Part shown: piece after piece, positions 16,755 to 25,059 of the stretch
Layout: each line of letters begins with the position of its first letter
Position numbering within the stretch: the stretch's first letter is position 1
NCBI GenBank assembly: GCA_018674305.1
Contig: JABHAL010000013.1
Coordinates: 74,553-128,386, forward strand
Length of the DNA stretch: 53,834 nt
Direction of reading: 5' to 3'
Origin: Candidatus Falkowbacteria bacterium
GTDB lineage: Bacteria; Patescibacteriota; Patescibacteriia; UBA11705; JABHMO01
Made by a program: the position numbers and the translations under genes
The notes under the pieces: model-generated
Told to the model about the DNA's origin: nothing
Databases searched by the model: none
The model's input: only the letters and a program-made list of their open reading frames with translations

Positions 16755-17564
16755 ATGTTTAACCCGGAAACACAACAATTAACAGAAAAATCTCTCCACG
16801 CCAACTTCACCGAAGTTCAACAAGTTTATTTTGAGAAACTAATGTCCGAGTTGGAAGTAATTTCTGGTGGTTTGGGTTTTGCTGAGCTGAAAAAGAAAGC
16901 TGAGGGGGGAAGCAAGGAGGCGCTTCAAGTAATGCGCGACTATATCACCAAAAAAGAGCAGATTGTTGAGTTAATAGAAACAAAAAAAATTGAAATGGAT
17001 ATTGATATAGAAAAGGAAGCATTTGCTGAGTATATGGAAGAGGTGGTGACTGATCCGGAAAATGCAAGGTTTAACATGGACGTTGAAATTCCTGATAAGC
17101 TTAGAAGTGGTGAAAAAATTTGGGGTGAATATCATGTTGATGAATTGTTAACCAAATTCGCACATCAGCAACGAGGTTTAACATTTGAACAAGCTGGTGA
17201 ACTTCGTGATTCGTTGCTTCGACGGATTTATGTTGAGAAGGCCTTAGTCCCAGGCTATTTAAAAATTTCTTATGTTGGCTATACTGGTTTTGAAACCGCA
17301 GTTGTCAAGGCAGTGATGAAAAAAGCCAAAAAATTTTTTAATAAAATTATGTTGGATTTATTGCCTAAGTATGGTTTTGATAAAAAAGATGGCTATCAAA
17401 CTTGGGAGATTGTTGGGGAAATGAGTGAAGGCATATTGAAAGAAACAATGATTCCTGAGATTGAAAAACTAATTCCAATTGAGGAAGCCAGGTTGAGAGA
17501 AGCAGGTTTTGATAAATTTAGTGAAGACGAATGGCGGAATTGGATTGAAAAGCGATCAATGTGA
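16755..17564 (+). CDS. Hypothetical protein
   Basis: 269-aa ORF 13 nt after the previous stop. No family recognised. Confidence 0.7.
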   Translation: MFNPETQQLTEKSLHANFTEVQQVYFEKLMSELEVISGGLGFAELKKKAEGGSKEALQVMRDYITKKEQIVELIETKKIEMDIDIEKEAFAEYMEEVVTDPENARFNMDVEIPDKLRSGEKIWGEYHVDELLTKFAHQQRGLTFEQAGELRDSLLRRIYVEKALVPGYLKISYVGYTGFETAVVKAVMKKAKKFFNKIMLDLLPKYGFDKKDGYQTWEIVGEMSEGILKETMIPEIEKLIPIEEARLREAGFDKFSEDEWRNWIEKRSM

Positions 17565-17603
17565 AATAAATAATAAAATTTTGTAATTTATTGAAAATAC
17601 TTT

Positions 17604-17710
17604 GTGAAAATAAGGCGAGGAATCCCGACTACATCGGGATGACGAGTCAGGCCGCGCGCAGCGCCTCCTAATGGGGAGGGAGGGTAGCTTGCCCGGCGAA
17701 TGCCGGGGGA
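17604..17710 (+). repeat. GC-rich leader element copy B
   Basis: GTGAAAATAAGGCGAGG is followed by the hairpin ATCCCGA-CTACA-TCGGGAT, then GCGCCTCCTAATGGGGAGGGAGGG, the hairpin CCCGGC-GAAT-GCCGGG and GGGGG. Homologous to 5187-5253. Confidence 0.6.
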
Positions 17711-17779
17711 TGAATAGAGTTTGCAATTCAAAAAAGAATAAGGTAAAGTAATGGCAGATAGTCTTAAATAGAGATAAAT

Positions 17780-18793
17780 ATGAAAATGCTAGTCACTGGG
17801 GGGGCAGGTTTTATTGGAGCGAATTTTGTTCGCTATGTTTTGAATAAATACCCACAATACTCAGTGGTTAATTTAGATAAGCTAACTTACGCTGGTAATT
17901 TAGAAAATTTAAAAGATTGCGAAGATCACCCAAATTATAAGTTTGTTAAGGGTGATATTTTAAATTCTGAATTGGTTGAGCATTTGGTTGACCAGGGAAT
18001 TGATATTATCGTTCACTTTGCAGCAGAATCGCATGTAGATCGCTCAGTTTTAGATCCTCTATCTTTTGTGAAAACTAATGTTTTGGGCACACATTCATTA
18101 TTGGAAGCTGCTCGAAAAAATAATACCCGTTTTCACCATATTTCAACTGATGAAGTTTACGGCTCACTAAGTCTAGAAGATACTCATAAGGCATTTCATG
18201 AAGAAACTCCCTATGATCCGAAAAGTCCTTATTCTTCTTCCAAGGCCGCTTCAGACCATTTAGTTCGCGCTTATTTTCATACTTACGGTTTACCTGTTAC
18301 TATTTCTAATTGTTCCAATAATTACGGACCACTGCAGTTTCCAGAAAAAGTGATCCCTTTGTTTGTGACCAATTTAATTGAAGGTAAAAAAGTTCCACTT
18401 TACGGTGATGGCAAGAATGTTCGTGATTGGATTCATGTTAATGATCATTGTGAAGCTGTTGACCAGATTATTCACCGTGGCCAGCTGGGGCACACTTATT
18501 GTGTTGGTGGTAATTGTGAAAAGTCCAATTTTGATTTAACTATGGGAATTCTTCAATCTATGGGTCATGGCGAAGAAATGATTGAATATGTGCAGGATCG
18601 ACCAGGTCATGATCGTCGTTACGCGATTCGTTCACATAAAGCTCAGGCTGAGTTAGGATGGCAACCAAAGATTTCATTTGAGGAAGGTATGCGCCAAACT
18701 GTTGATTGGTACAAAAATAATACAGATTGGTGGCAAAGAATTAAATCTGGTGAGTATCAGGAATACTATGACCGTTGGTATAATAGGCAGTAA
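17780..18793 (+). CDS. rfbB: dTDP-glucose 4,6-dehydratase
   Basis: LVTGGAGFIGANFVR Rossmann motif, the YSSSKAASD catalytic YxxxK, and the C-terminal WYKNN..WW. Confidence 0.92.
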   Translation: MKMLVTGGAGFIGANFVRYVLNKYPQYSVVNLDKLTYAGNLENLKDCEDHPNYKFVKGDILNSELVEHLVDQGIDIIVHFAAESHVDRSVLDPLSFVKTNVLGTHSLLEAARKNNTRFHHISTDEVYGSLSLEDTHKAFHEETPYDPKSPYSSSKAASDHLVRAYFHTYGLPVTISNCSNNYGPLQFPEKVIPLFVTNLIEGKKVPLYGDGKNVRDWIHVNDHCEAVDQIIHRGQLGHTYCVGGNCEKSNFDLTMGILQSMGHGEEMIEYVQDRPGHDRRYAIRSHKAQAELGWQPKISFEEGMRQTVDWYKNNTDWWQRIKSGEYQEYYDRWYNRQ

Positions 18794-18854
18794 ATTCTAA
18801 ATCCTAATTTCTAAACACGAAACAAATTCAAAATCCAAATAATCAAAACACAAA

Positions 18855-18877
18855 AGAACGCAAGGGCGTTCTTTTTG
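18855..18877 (+). terminator. Intrinsic terminator
   Basis: AGAACGC-AAGG-GCGTTCT followed by a T-run. Confidence 0.75.
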
Positions 18878-18906
18878 TTGACATAAGTATAATAATTCGT
18901 TAAGAT
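18878..18906 (+). promoter_or_regulatory. Sigma70-type promoter (TTGACA-17-TAAGAT) abutting the terminator
   Basis: -35 at 18878-18883 and -10 at 18901-18906. Confidence 0.55.
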
Positions 18907-18942
18907 AATACGAAGTCGTTGTAAATTGACAAGTTGTCCAGA

Positions 18943-18957
18943 GTCGGGAGAGCCGAC
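18943..18957 (+). promoter_or_regulatory. Conserved leader hairpin GTCGG-GAGAG-CCGAC
   Basis: A 5-bp stem with loop GAGAG lies 12 nt before ATG 18970. A covarying copy is at 19699-19715. Confidence 0.45.
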
Positions 18958-18969
18958 AGGAGATGAAAA

Positions 18970-19680
18970 ATGGGAAAGGTAGCTCAAAGACTAGAGCAAA
19001 AACGAGAAAAGCTTAATCAAAGGTTAGCGCATCTTGGTGTGCCTTTTGTATTGCCTAGAGTTGGTAATTACAAAGAAGGTGAGTTAGAAATCGAGGATAT
19101 TTTAACTGTTTTTCATCGTCGTGATTTTGTCGTTACCGTTGAATTTTTAGTTAGAAAACCTTTTTCTGGTGAGAAAGTTGCATACGTGGCCAATTTTAAT
19201 GCTAATTATTCGCATATTGCAAAATCTGGTCATGTTTTAATTCCAGTGGTTAATGGAGATAGCTTTTTGATGATAAATAGTTATTCACCGTTTGTAGGTA
19301 AAATGGCCATAGTCTTTCCCCGTAGTTTTATTCCCGCGGATATTGAAATAAGTTGTATGGAAGATGTGTCTAAAGCTGTTTGGGCGAGAAAGTGTGATTT
19401 GCTTTCACAAAAATTTGATTGTCAAACAGAGTTTCTTGATTTGAGAACAGAAGTGACTGAAAATCATACAGTTAGTGGGAATGTTTTAACTTACTCATTA
19501 GTAAAAGTGCAGTTAGATGAAGCAAAATTCTTAAATGAGTACACAGGCGCTTTAAGGGTTTTTAGGCTGATTGATAAGCAAAGATTTATTCAGTTGATTC
19601 AACAAGGTAAAATTCATGATCAGCATTCTTTAACTGCCTGGGCCGTGTATCAAGCTAGCACGGGTAATTGTATAAGTTAA
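18970..19680 (+). CDS. Nudix-fold-like protein with a degenerate Nudix box
   Basis: GHVLIPVVNGDSFLMINSYSPFVGKMAIVFPRSFIP parallels the ADP-ribose pyrophosphatase beta-strands and loop before the Nudix helix. The REx2EE residues are absent. Confidence 0.6.
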   Translation: MGKVAQRLEQKREKLNQRLAHLGVPFVLPRVGNYKEGELEIEDILTVFHRRDFVVTVEFLVRKPFSGEKVAYVANFNANYSHIAKSGHVLIPVVNGDSFLMINSYSPFVGKMAIVFPRSFIPADIEISCMEDVSKAVWARKCDLLSQKFDCQTEFLDLRTEVTENHTVSGNVLTYSLVKVQLDEAKFLNEYTGALRVFRLIDKQRFIQLIQQGKIHDQHSLTAWAVYQASTGNCIS

Positions 19681-19698
19681 AAACATGAAATTATTTTG

Positions 19699-19715
19699 GT
19701 TGGGGAGAGCCCGAC
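19699..19715 (+). promoter_or_regulatory. Conserved leader hairpin GTTGGG-GAGAG-CCCGAC
   Basis: A 6-bp stem (one U.G pair) with the same GAGAG loop. It directly abuts ATG 19716 of a 17-codon in-frame uORF. Confidence 0.45.
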
Positions 19716-19781
19716 ATGGTTGTTAAAGTTTGCACGGAAGGATTTGAGTCCTGGTGCAGACCCCGATAACAAGGTGTTATT

Positions 19782-20462
19782 ATGGGGTCAGAATTACGAA
19801 GGCTTCTCACGTCTCTTGGCGCTGAGGACAAAGCAGGCTGGAAATGTAGGGTTGATGGTGAAGAAGTTGAGGCGAGCGTAGTAGAGCTTGAACACAAGAG
19901 GTTTGGCCTCTTGAGATGGGGCAATACTGCGGCAGGTTACGATTCCTGGGGTTTTCAAGAACTTGGTGGAGGCGGATCAGTATTAGTTCCCTTTGTGAAA
20001 ACTGGGGCTGGTGAGCTTCTCATTGGAGTGGTTGAGCAGCTTCGGCCATTCCAATCTGAATCGCCGATATTAAATCTGCCACGTGGCTTTCTCGAGCTTG
20101 GTCTAAGCCATTTTGAATCGGCTGTGGCCGAGCTTCATGAAGAATTTGCTGTGGTTGAGGGAGAGAGAGTTTTTGCTCCACCTGGTGAGCCGGGTAATCC
20201 CAATTCTACCTTTTTCGTTACACTTGGTGAAGAAAATGGCGTCAAATACTATGGCGTTCAATTCTTCGAAGATGAAATAGCGGAAGTGGGCGGGAAATAT
20301 GTACTCAATCTTGATGTAGTCAAGGCGACCAGCGCAGCAGCAGAAAAGATCACAGGATCACAATTTGTTCCGTGGCAAGTTGCTGCAACAGTCGGTGATC
20401 AGTTCACCAATTCTGGCGCAGTCCGTTTGATGGCAAAGATCGTCAAGGGATTGCAGTTCTAA
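19782..20462 (+). CDS. Nudix-fold-like protein (G+C-rich paralogue-like neighbour)
   Basis: GSVLVPFVKTGAGELLIGVVEQLRPF...LNLPRGFLELGLSHFESAVAELHEEFAV has a partial Nudix box (AELHEEFA). SD-like AAGGTG lies upstream. Confidence 0.6.
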   Translation: MGSELRRLLTSLGAEDKAGWKCRVDGEEVEASVVELEHKRFGLLRWGNTAAGYDSWGFQELGGGGSVLVPFVKTGAGELLIGVVEQLRPFQSESPILNLPRGFLELGLSHFESAVAELHEEFAVVEGERVFAPPGEPGNPNSTFFVTLGEENGVKYYGVQFFEDEIAEVGGKYVLNLDVVKATSAAAEKITGSQFVPWQVAATVGDQFTNSGAVRLMAKIVKGLQF

Positions 20463-20471
20463 ATTAAATAC

Positions 20472-20501
20472 AACCGGTGGGACATTCCACCGGTTTTTTT
20501 G
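20472..20501 (+). terminator. Intrinsic terminator
   Basis: AACCGGTGG-GACATT-CCACCGGTT followed by T7. Confidence 0.85.
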
Positions 20502-20573
20502 TTAATAACTCAATTTGACTTTTAGGTCCTATTTGATAAGATAGTCATAGTTTATTCTTAGCTTAAATTAGAT

Positions 20574-22478
20574 ATGAAAGTACTTATTGTTGGTTCCAAG
20601 GGAATGCTTGGTCAAGAATTGGCAAAATCATTTGCCAAATTTGATCTCACTTTGTGGGATAAGGAGGAAATCGATATTACTAATGCAGAACAAGTTAAAA
20701 AGATGATTAAGGACTTGTCACCTGATTTAGTTATTAATGCTGCGGCTTATAACGCAGTTGATGACATTGAAGAAAATTACGATCTTGCTCAAAAAGTAAA
20801 TGTTGATGGACCAATTAACTTGGCTAAAACAGCTGGTGAAGAAGGCGCTGTTTTTGTACATTATAGTACAGACTATGTGTTTGATGGTCAGAAGCAAGAT
20901 GGTTATTTTGAACATGATTTACCATCTCCAATTTCTAGATATGGTGAATCGAAATTTTTAGGCGAGGAAGTTTTGGAACACAATCCTGCTGGATTTGTTA
21001 TTCGATCTTCTCGTCTTTTTGGTTTACCTGCAAAGTCTGATGGTGGAAAAAAGAGTTTTATTGAATTAATGTTGAAATTAGCAGATGAAAAAGATGAACT
21101 AGAAATTGTAGATGAGGAAGTAAGTAATCCAACCTATGTGGTTGATTTGGCAGAAGCTACCAAGGATCTGACAACGGGTAATTATCATCCTGGGATTTAT
21201 CACATTACTAATGAAGGTGGTTGCACGTGGTGTGAGTTTGCTATAGAAATTTTTTCTCAGGCCAAGAAAACAGTAAAAGTAAAACCTGTTCCGAGTAGTC
21301 GATTTCCTCGACCAGCTAAACGGCCAGCACATTCTTCTCTGCAAAACACAAAATTCCCTCGTATGCGCCATTGGAAAAAGGCATTAAAAGATTTTTTACG
21401 TGAATTGGAGCAGGTAAATCCAGTTTTTGTTAATGTTTCAACTTCTAATCAAGGCGGACAGGAGGAAGTTGATAATTTGCCTGTGGTTGAACCAGTTGTT
21501 AATGAAAAGCCAGTTGAGCCTGCTGTGAAACCGGAAATTCCTCTAGTTAAGCCAAAGACAGTTGTTGCCCCAGAAATTAATTTGGCAGATCTTAAGTCAA
21601 AAGTTGAACAAATTGAGGTTAGTGGGAATTTGCCGGAAGAAAAAACAAAGGAGCAACATCAGGAAGTGAAAATTTCAATTAAAGAAGAAAAACCACAAGT
21701 AAATATTAATTTAAAACAACCAGAAAAAAATATGAAAGGTATAATTTTATCAGGAGGCAAGGGGAGTAGACTTTACCCACTAACCAAAATTACCAGTAAA
21801 CAATTGTTGCCAGTTTTTGATAAACCTATGATTTTGTATCCTATGGAAACTTTAGTCAAGGCAGGAATTACTGACATTTTAGTTATTGTTGCTCCTGAGT
21901 ACGCTGGCCAATATTTACAGCTGTTAGGATCTGGAAAAGAGTGGGGCGTGAAAATAACCTATGAAATTCAGGACGCGCCCAAAGGATTGCCAGAAGCATT
22001 TGTTATCGGCGAAAAATTTATTGGTGAAGATAATGTGACGTTGATTTTGGGTGATAACCTGTTTTTTGATCATGATTTCACAGAAGACATAATTTCATTT
22101 AAAAATGGAGGTAGAATCTTTGCGGTAGAAGTGCCAGACCCAGAACGTTTTGGGGTTGTTGAATTTAATAGTGATATGAGCGTTGTTTCCATTGAGGAAA
22201 AACCCAAAGAACCCAAGAGTGATTATGCGATTCCAGGAATTTATATATTTGATAGTCGCGTTTGTCATATTGCCAAAGGGATTAAACCAACTTGGCGGCC
22301 TGAAACTGATATTACAGAGGTTCACAAAGCTTATTTAGGTATGAATGAACTTGATGTAAGAAAAATTCGTGGTCGTTGGTATGATGCTGGAACTTTTGAA
22401 TCTTTATTGAAAGCTTCTAATATTGCAGCTACTATGGAATATCAGAAAAAAATGGGGTATAATGAAGGTGTTAAATAG
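20574..22478 (+). CDS. Fusion of dTDP-4-dehydrorhamnose reductase (RfbD-like, N-terminal) and glucose-1-phosphate thymidylyltransferase (RfbA-like, C-terminal)
   Basis: The N-terminus has VLIVGSKGMLGQ and STDYVFDG. A roughly 100-aa Pro/Glu/Lys/Val-rich linker spans about nt 21426-21731. From M387 (ATG 21732) the sequence is MKGIILSGGKGSRLYPLT...LPVFDKPM. There is no stop between the halves. Confidence 0.85.
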   Translation: MKVLIVGSKGMLGQELAKSFAKFDLTLWDKEEIDITNAEQVKKMIKDLSPDLVINAAAYNAVDDIEENYDLAQKVNVDGPINLAKTAGEEGAVFVHYSTDYVFDGQKQDGYFEHDLPSPISRYGESKFLGEEVLEHNPAGFVIRSSRLFGLPAKSDGGKKSFIELMLKLADEKDELEIVDEEVSNPTYVVDLAEATKDLTTGNYHPGIYHITNEGGCTWCEFAIEIFSQAKKTVKVKPVPSSRFPRPAKRPAHSSLQNTKFPRMRHWKKALKDFLRELEQVNPVFVNVSTSNQGGQEEVDNLPVVEPVVNEKPVEPAVKPEIPLVKPKTVVAPEINLADLKSKVEQIEVSGNLPEEKTKEQHQEVKISIKEEKPQVNINLKQPEKNMKGIILSGGKGSRLYPLTKITSKQLLPVFDKPMILYPMETLVKAGITDILVIVAPEYAGQYLQLLGSGKEWGVKITYEIQDAPKGLPEAFVIGEKFIGEDNVTLILGDNLFFDHDFTEDIISFKNGGRIFAVEVPDPERFGVVEFNSDMSVVSIEEKPKEPKSDYAIPGIYIFDSRVCHIAKGIKPTWRPETDITEVHKAYLGMNELDVRKIRGRWYDAGTFESLLKASNIAATMEYQKKMGYNEGVK

Positions 22479-22557
22479 ATAATTGCTTATAGTGGTAGGT
22501 ATTAGGCCTTTACGTTTAAGAATAATAAATACAAAAATAAAAGTAATTTACATTTCT

Positions 22558-23406
22558 ATGCTTAGTATTCCAATTAAACAGACAATTAAATCAGCCTGGA
22601 GCGTAGCTTGGACTCACAAGCTTTTATGGCTTTTGGGCTTGTTCATTACCAGTGGCGCCTTTTTCCTTGATTATTTGATAGAGGATTGGACTGAATTAAC
22701 CACTTTTCGTAATACAGTTTTAGTTAAATTAAATGTGACTCTCAATGACTGGCGAGCTTTTCTAGTTTTGTTTATTACCTTCGTGCTTTTATCATTAATC
22801 TTGTTAATTGCAATTTTTGCTAAAACTAGTTTAGTTGCTGCTTTGGGTAAATTGAAATCTGGTGATAAACTAAAGATTGGTGAATTGCTGAAAATTGGTT
22901 GGCAAAATTTTGGTAAGGTGGTTCTGTTTGAATTAATTTTTGGTGTAATCAATTTAATTTTATTTGCTTTAGTAGTCCTTTTTATACCTAGTGGCGGGTT
23001 AATGGCTTTGTTTGTGATTTTATTGATTTTGTATAATGTTTGGTTGTTCTTGTTTCGACATTATGTTTATTGTTATGCAGTAATAGAAGGGAAAAGCGCT
23101 ATAAACTCAATCGTTGCTGGATGGAAGTTATACATTGCTAATTATATTGACTTAACGGTAATAAAAATCACTGAAGTAGGTTTGTGGGTGGTGGCAAGCT
23201 TTGTGTTAATTCTTTCTTTAATACTTATTGCATTGCCATTTATATTGCTAGGGGTGATAGGAATGTTGGCTGTTGGCCAGATGGCCTTGATGGTGGTGAC
23301 TTGGCTTGGTTACATAGTTTTAGGAACAGCATTCTTGTTAATTAAGGGTGGTATACAAGTTTTCTTCCTGAGTTATTTAACAAATGCCTATTGGAAATTC
23401 AAATAG
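22558..23406 (+). CDS. Hypothetical polytopic membrane protein
   Basis: Start moved to the first ATG at 22558, because the track start at 22483 is a TTG. Several long hydrophobic segments. Confidence 0.65.
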   Translation: MLSIPIKQTIKSAWSVAWTHKLLWLLGLFITSGAFFLDYLIEDWTELTTFRNTVLVKLNVTLNDWRAFLVLFITFVLLSLILLIAIFAKTSLVAALGKLKSGDKLKIGELLKIGWQNFGKVVLFELIFGVINLILFALVVLFIPSGGLMALFVILLILYNVWLFLFRHYVYCYAVIEGKSAINSIVAGWKLYIANYIDLTVIKITEVGLWVVASFVLILSLILIALPFILLGVIGMLAVGQMALMVVTWLGYIVLGTAFLLIKGGIQVFFLSYLTNAYWKFK

Positions 23407-23417
23407 TTGCTTATAAT

Positions 23418-23456
23418 AAAAAAGTAGGGCCTAATTAATTGGCCCTACTTTTTTTT
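23418..23456. terminator. Bidirectional terminator
   Basis: AGTAGGGCC-TAATTAATT-GGCCCTACT flanked by A6 and T8, between convergent genes. Confidence 0.8.
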
Positions 23457-23462
23457 GAGGTT

Positions 23463-24863
23463 TTATTTTTCCAAAGCTAAACTCCAAAGTTGATTATTCG
23501 CAATATAATATAAAAGTTGTTGATTTGAGTTTACAGCTAAATCCTGAACTTGCTTAATTGGTAAATTTATCGTTTGATTACCGTTACGGTCATCTAATTC
23601 AATTATTTCAACTGTTTGATCTTTGAGCATGAAAACGTAGTTGCCTAATGAATGCCATTTAGCATTTTGTAATCCTTGGCTGTAGCGAGTAATAGTTACT
23701 TCCTCCAAATTGTCTTGATTTAAATCAAGGTAGGATAATTCTTGGGATGTTTGCAAGAGAAGAAGTCCTTTTGAACTTAGGAAATCATGAGAAATAATTC
23801 CGTCTTTGTGAAAAGCAATTTGATCAAGTGAACGGTTCGCTAAATATATAGTTTGATCGGTTTCTTCAAATAATGCGAGCTTGTCTTTAAAAATATTAAT
23901 GAAGTGGTAGTTAGGATTATTCAACTCAATGATTTTTCGTAAATCAATTGTTGTGTCTGTGTTTAACGGATATTTAGTCAAAAGATACTTTGTGTTGAGT
24001 TTTTCGATTGTGAACACTTCAGAATCATTAATATAATAGTCAAGCAAAGTTGCCTGGGTTGGTAAAGTAAATATTTTCGTTGTAGCTTGTGTTAAATAAT
24101 TTGTCTCATATAAATTACTACCTGTTTGATGGTAAAGTATATTGTAGTTATTTGCATCCCATTGAAAATTTTTCGCAGTTGCCTGTACTGGAAGGTTTTT
24201 CCAGGGAGCACCAGTAGATAGGGCAGTGACCGAGCTGTCTGTTGTCAATAAGAAATATGATCCAAAAGGTGACCAGTCAATTTTATGTTTGGTAGTTGGT
24301 GTTTGACTTACATGAACTAACTTTTTCTTGTTATTTTTCAAATTATATAAATAAATATGCTCTTGATTAAACTCATTAACAATCAAGGCTAAAAAGTTAT
24401 TATCTGGGGAAAAGCTCCAAGTGTTTATATTATTACCATTAATAGATTGTGGTTCAGCCTGATAAAATAAAATTATATCTTCAGCAAAGGTTGTTTCTTG
24501 AGTGTTTATAGTTAATTTTTTTTGCCAGGGATAATGTTCTGGCTTGTTAATTTTCACATCATAATCACCTGGTAAGACGTTGTTTAGTCTGGCTGGTGTT
24601 TTGCTTTTGGCTTTTTCGTCGTTTAGTAAAACCTCGGCATTTGTTGGGGCCGTTTCTAAAACCAAAGCTCCAGTTCGTTGCAGTTGACCTTTTTTTAAAT
24701 CATAACGAAACCCAGTTGTGTATAAAAGGAGTATGGGGGTACAAACGATAAATGCTATAATAAAGATGAATGAAATTGTTCTTCTAAGTCTAATGTCCAT
24801 AGTGCTTGTGAAAGTAATTTTGTAAGAGTTTGATAAAGTGGATTCACTCGTATACTTCGGCAT
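23463..24863 (-). CDS. PEGA-domain membrane-anchored protein with a beta-propeller-like C-terminal region
   Basis: TM helix ISFIFIIAFIVCTPILLLY. PEGA-like segment is TNAEVLLNDEKAKSKTPARLNNVLPGDYDVKINKPEHYPW. An alternative start is M22 at 24800. Confidence 0.7.
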   Translation of the reverse strand: MPKYTSESTLSNSYKITFTSTMDIRLRRTISFIFIIAFIVCTPILLLYTTGFRYDLKKGQLQRTGALVLETAPTNAEVLLNDEKAKSKTPARLNNVLPGDYDVKINKPEHYPWQKKLTINTQETTFAEDIILFYQAEPQSINGNNINTWSFSPDNNFLALIVNEFNQEHIYLYNLKNNKKKLVHVSQTPTTKHKIDWSPFGSYFLLTTDSSVTALSTGAPWKNLPVQATAKNFQWDANNYNILYHQTGSNLYETNYLTQATTKIFTLPTQATLLDYYINDSEVFTIEKLNTKYLLTKYPLNTDTTIDLRKIIELNNPNYHFINIFKDKLALFEETDQTIYLANRSLDQIAFHKDGIISHDFLSSKGLLLLQTSQELSYLDLNQDNLEEVTITRYSQGLQNAKWHSLGNYVFMLKDQTVEIIELDDRNGNQTINLPIKQVQDLAVNSNQQLLYYIANNQLWSLALEK

Positions 24864-24871
24864 GTAAACCG

Positions 24872-24890
24872 CCTGTCTGCGGTAGGCAGG
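24872..24890 (-). repeat. GC-rich palindromic mini-element (copy 1 of 2)
   Basis: CCTGTCTGCGGTAGGCAGG is near-identical to CTGCCTGCCGGTAGGCAG at 46391-46410. It lies 9 nt upstream of the annotated start at 24863. Confidence 0.6.
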
Positions 24891-24995
24891 GTAGACAAGA
24901 GATGACCCAGTGTAACCATTAAAGCAGATTTTCTTTAAGAAGAAAAGGTTTTTTTTTGTATTTTATAAAATAATGGCTAAATTTAGTGAAATATG

Positions 24996-25024
24996 TTGAC
25001 TTTTTATCTCACTTATGCTATAGT
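24996..25024 (+). promoter_or_regulatory. Sigma70-type promoter (TTGACT-17-TGcTATAGT)
   Basis: -35 at 24996-25001 and -10 at 25019-25024. Confidence 0.6.
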
Positions 25025-25059
25025 AAATTAGAAAATTAAAAGAATAATAAAAATAACTT

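Noticed and set aside
19691-19924. Track ORFs 19691..19924(-) and 19696..19881(+).
   Set aside because: They overlap the structured leader and the 5' end of the Nudix-like gene in a GC-rich stretch where spurious ORFs are expected. They have no SD or promoter logic.
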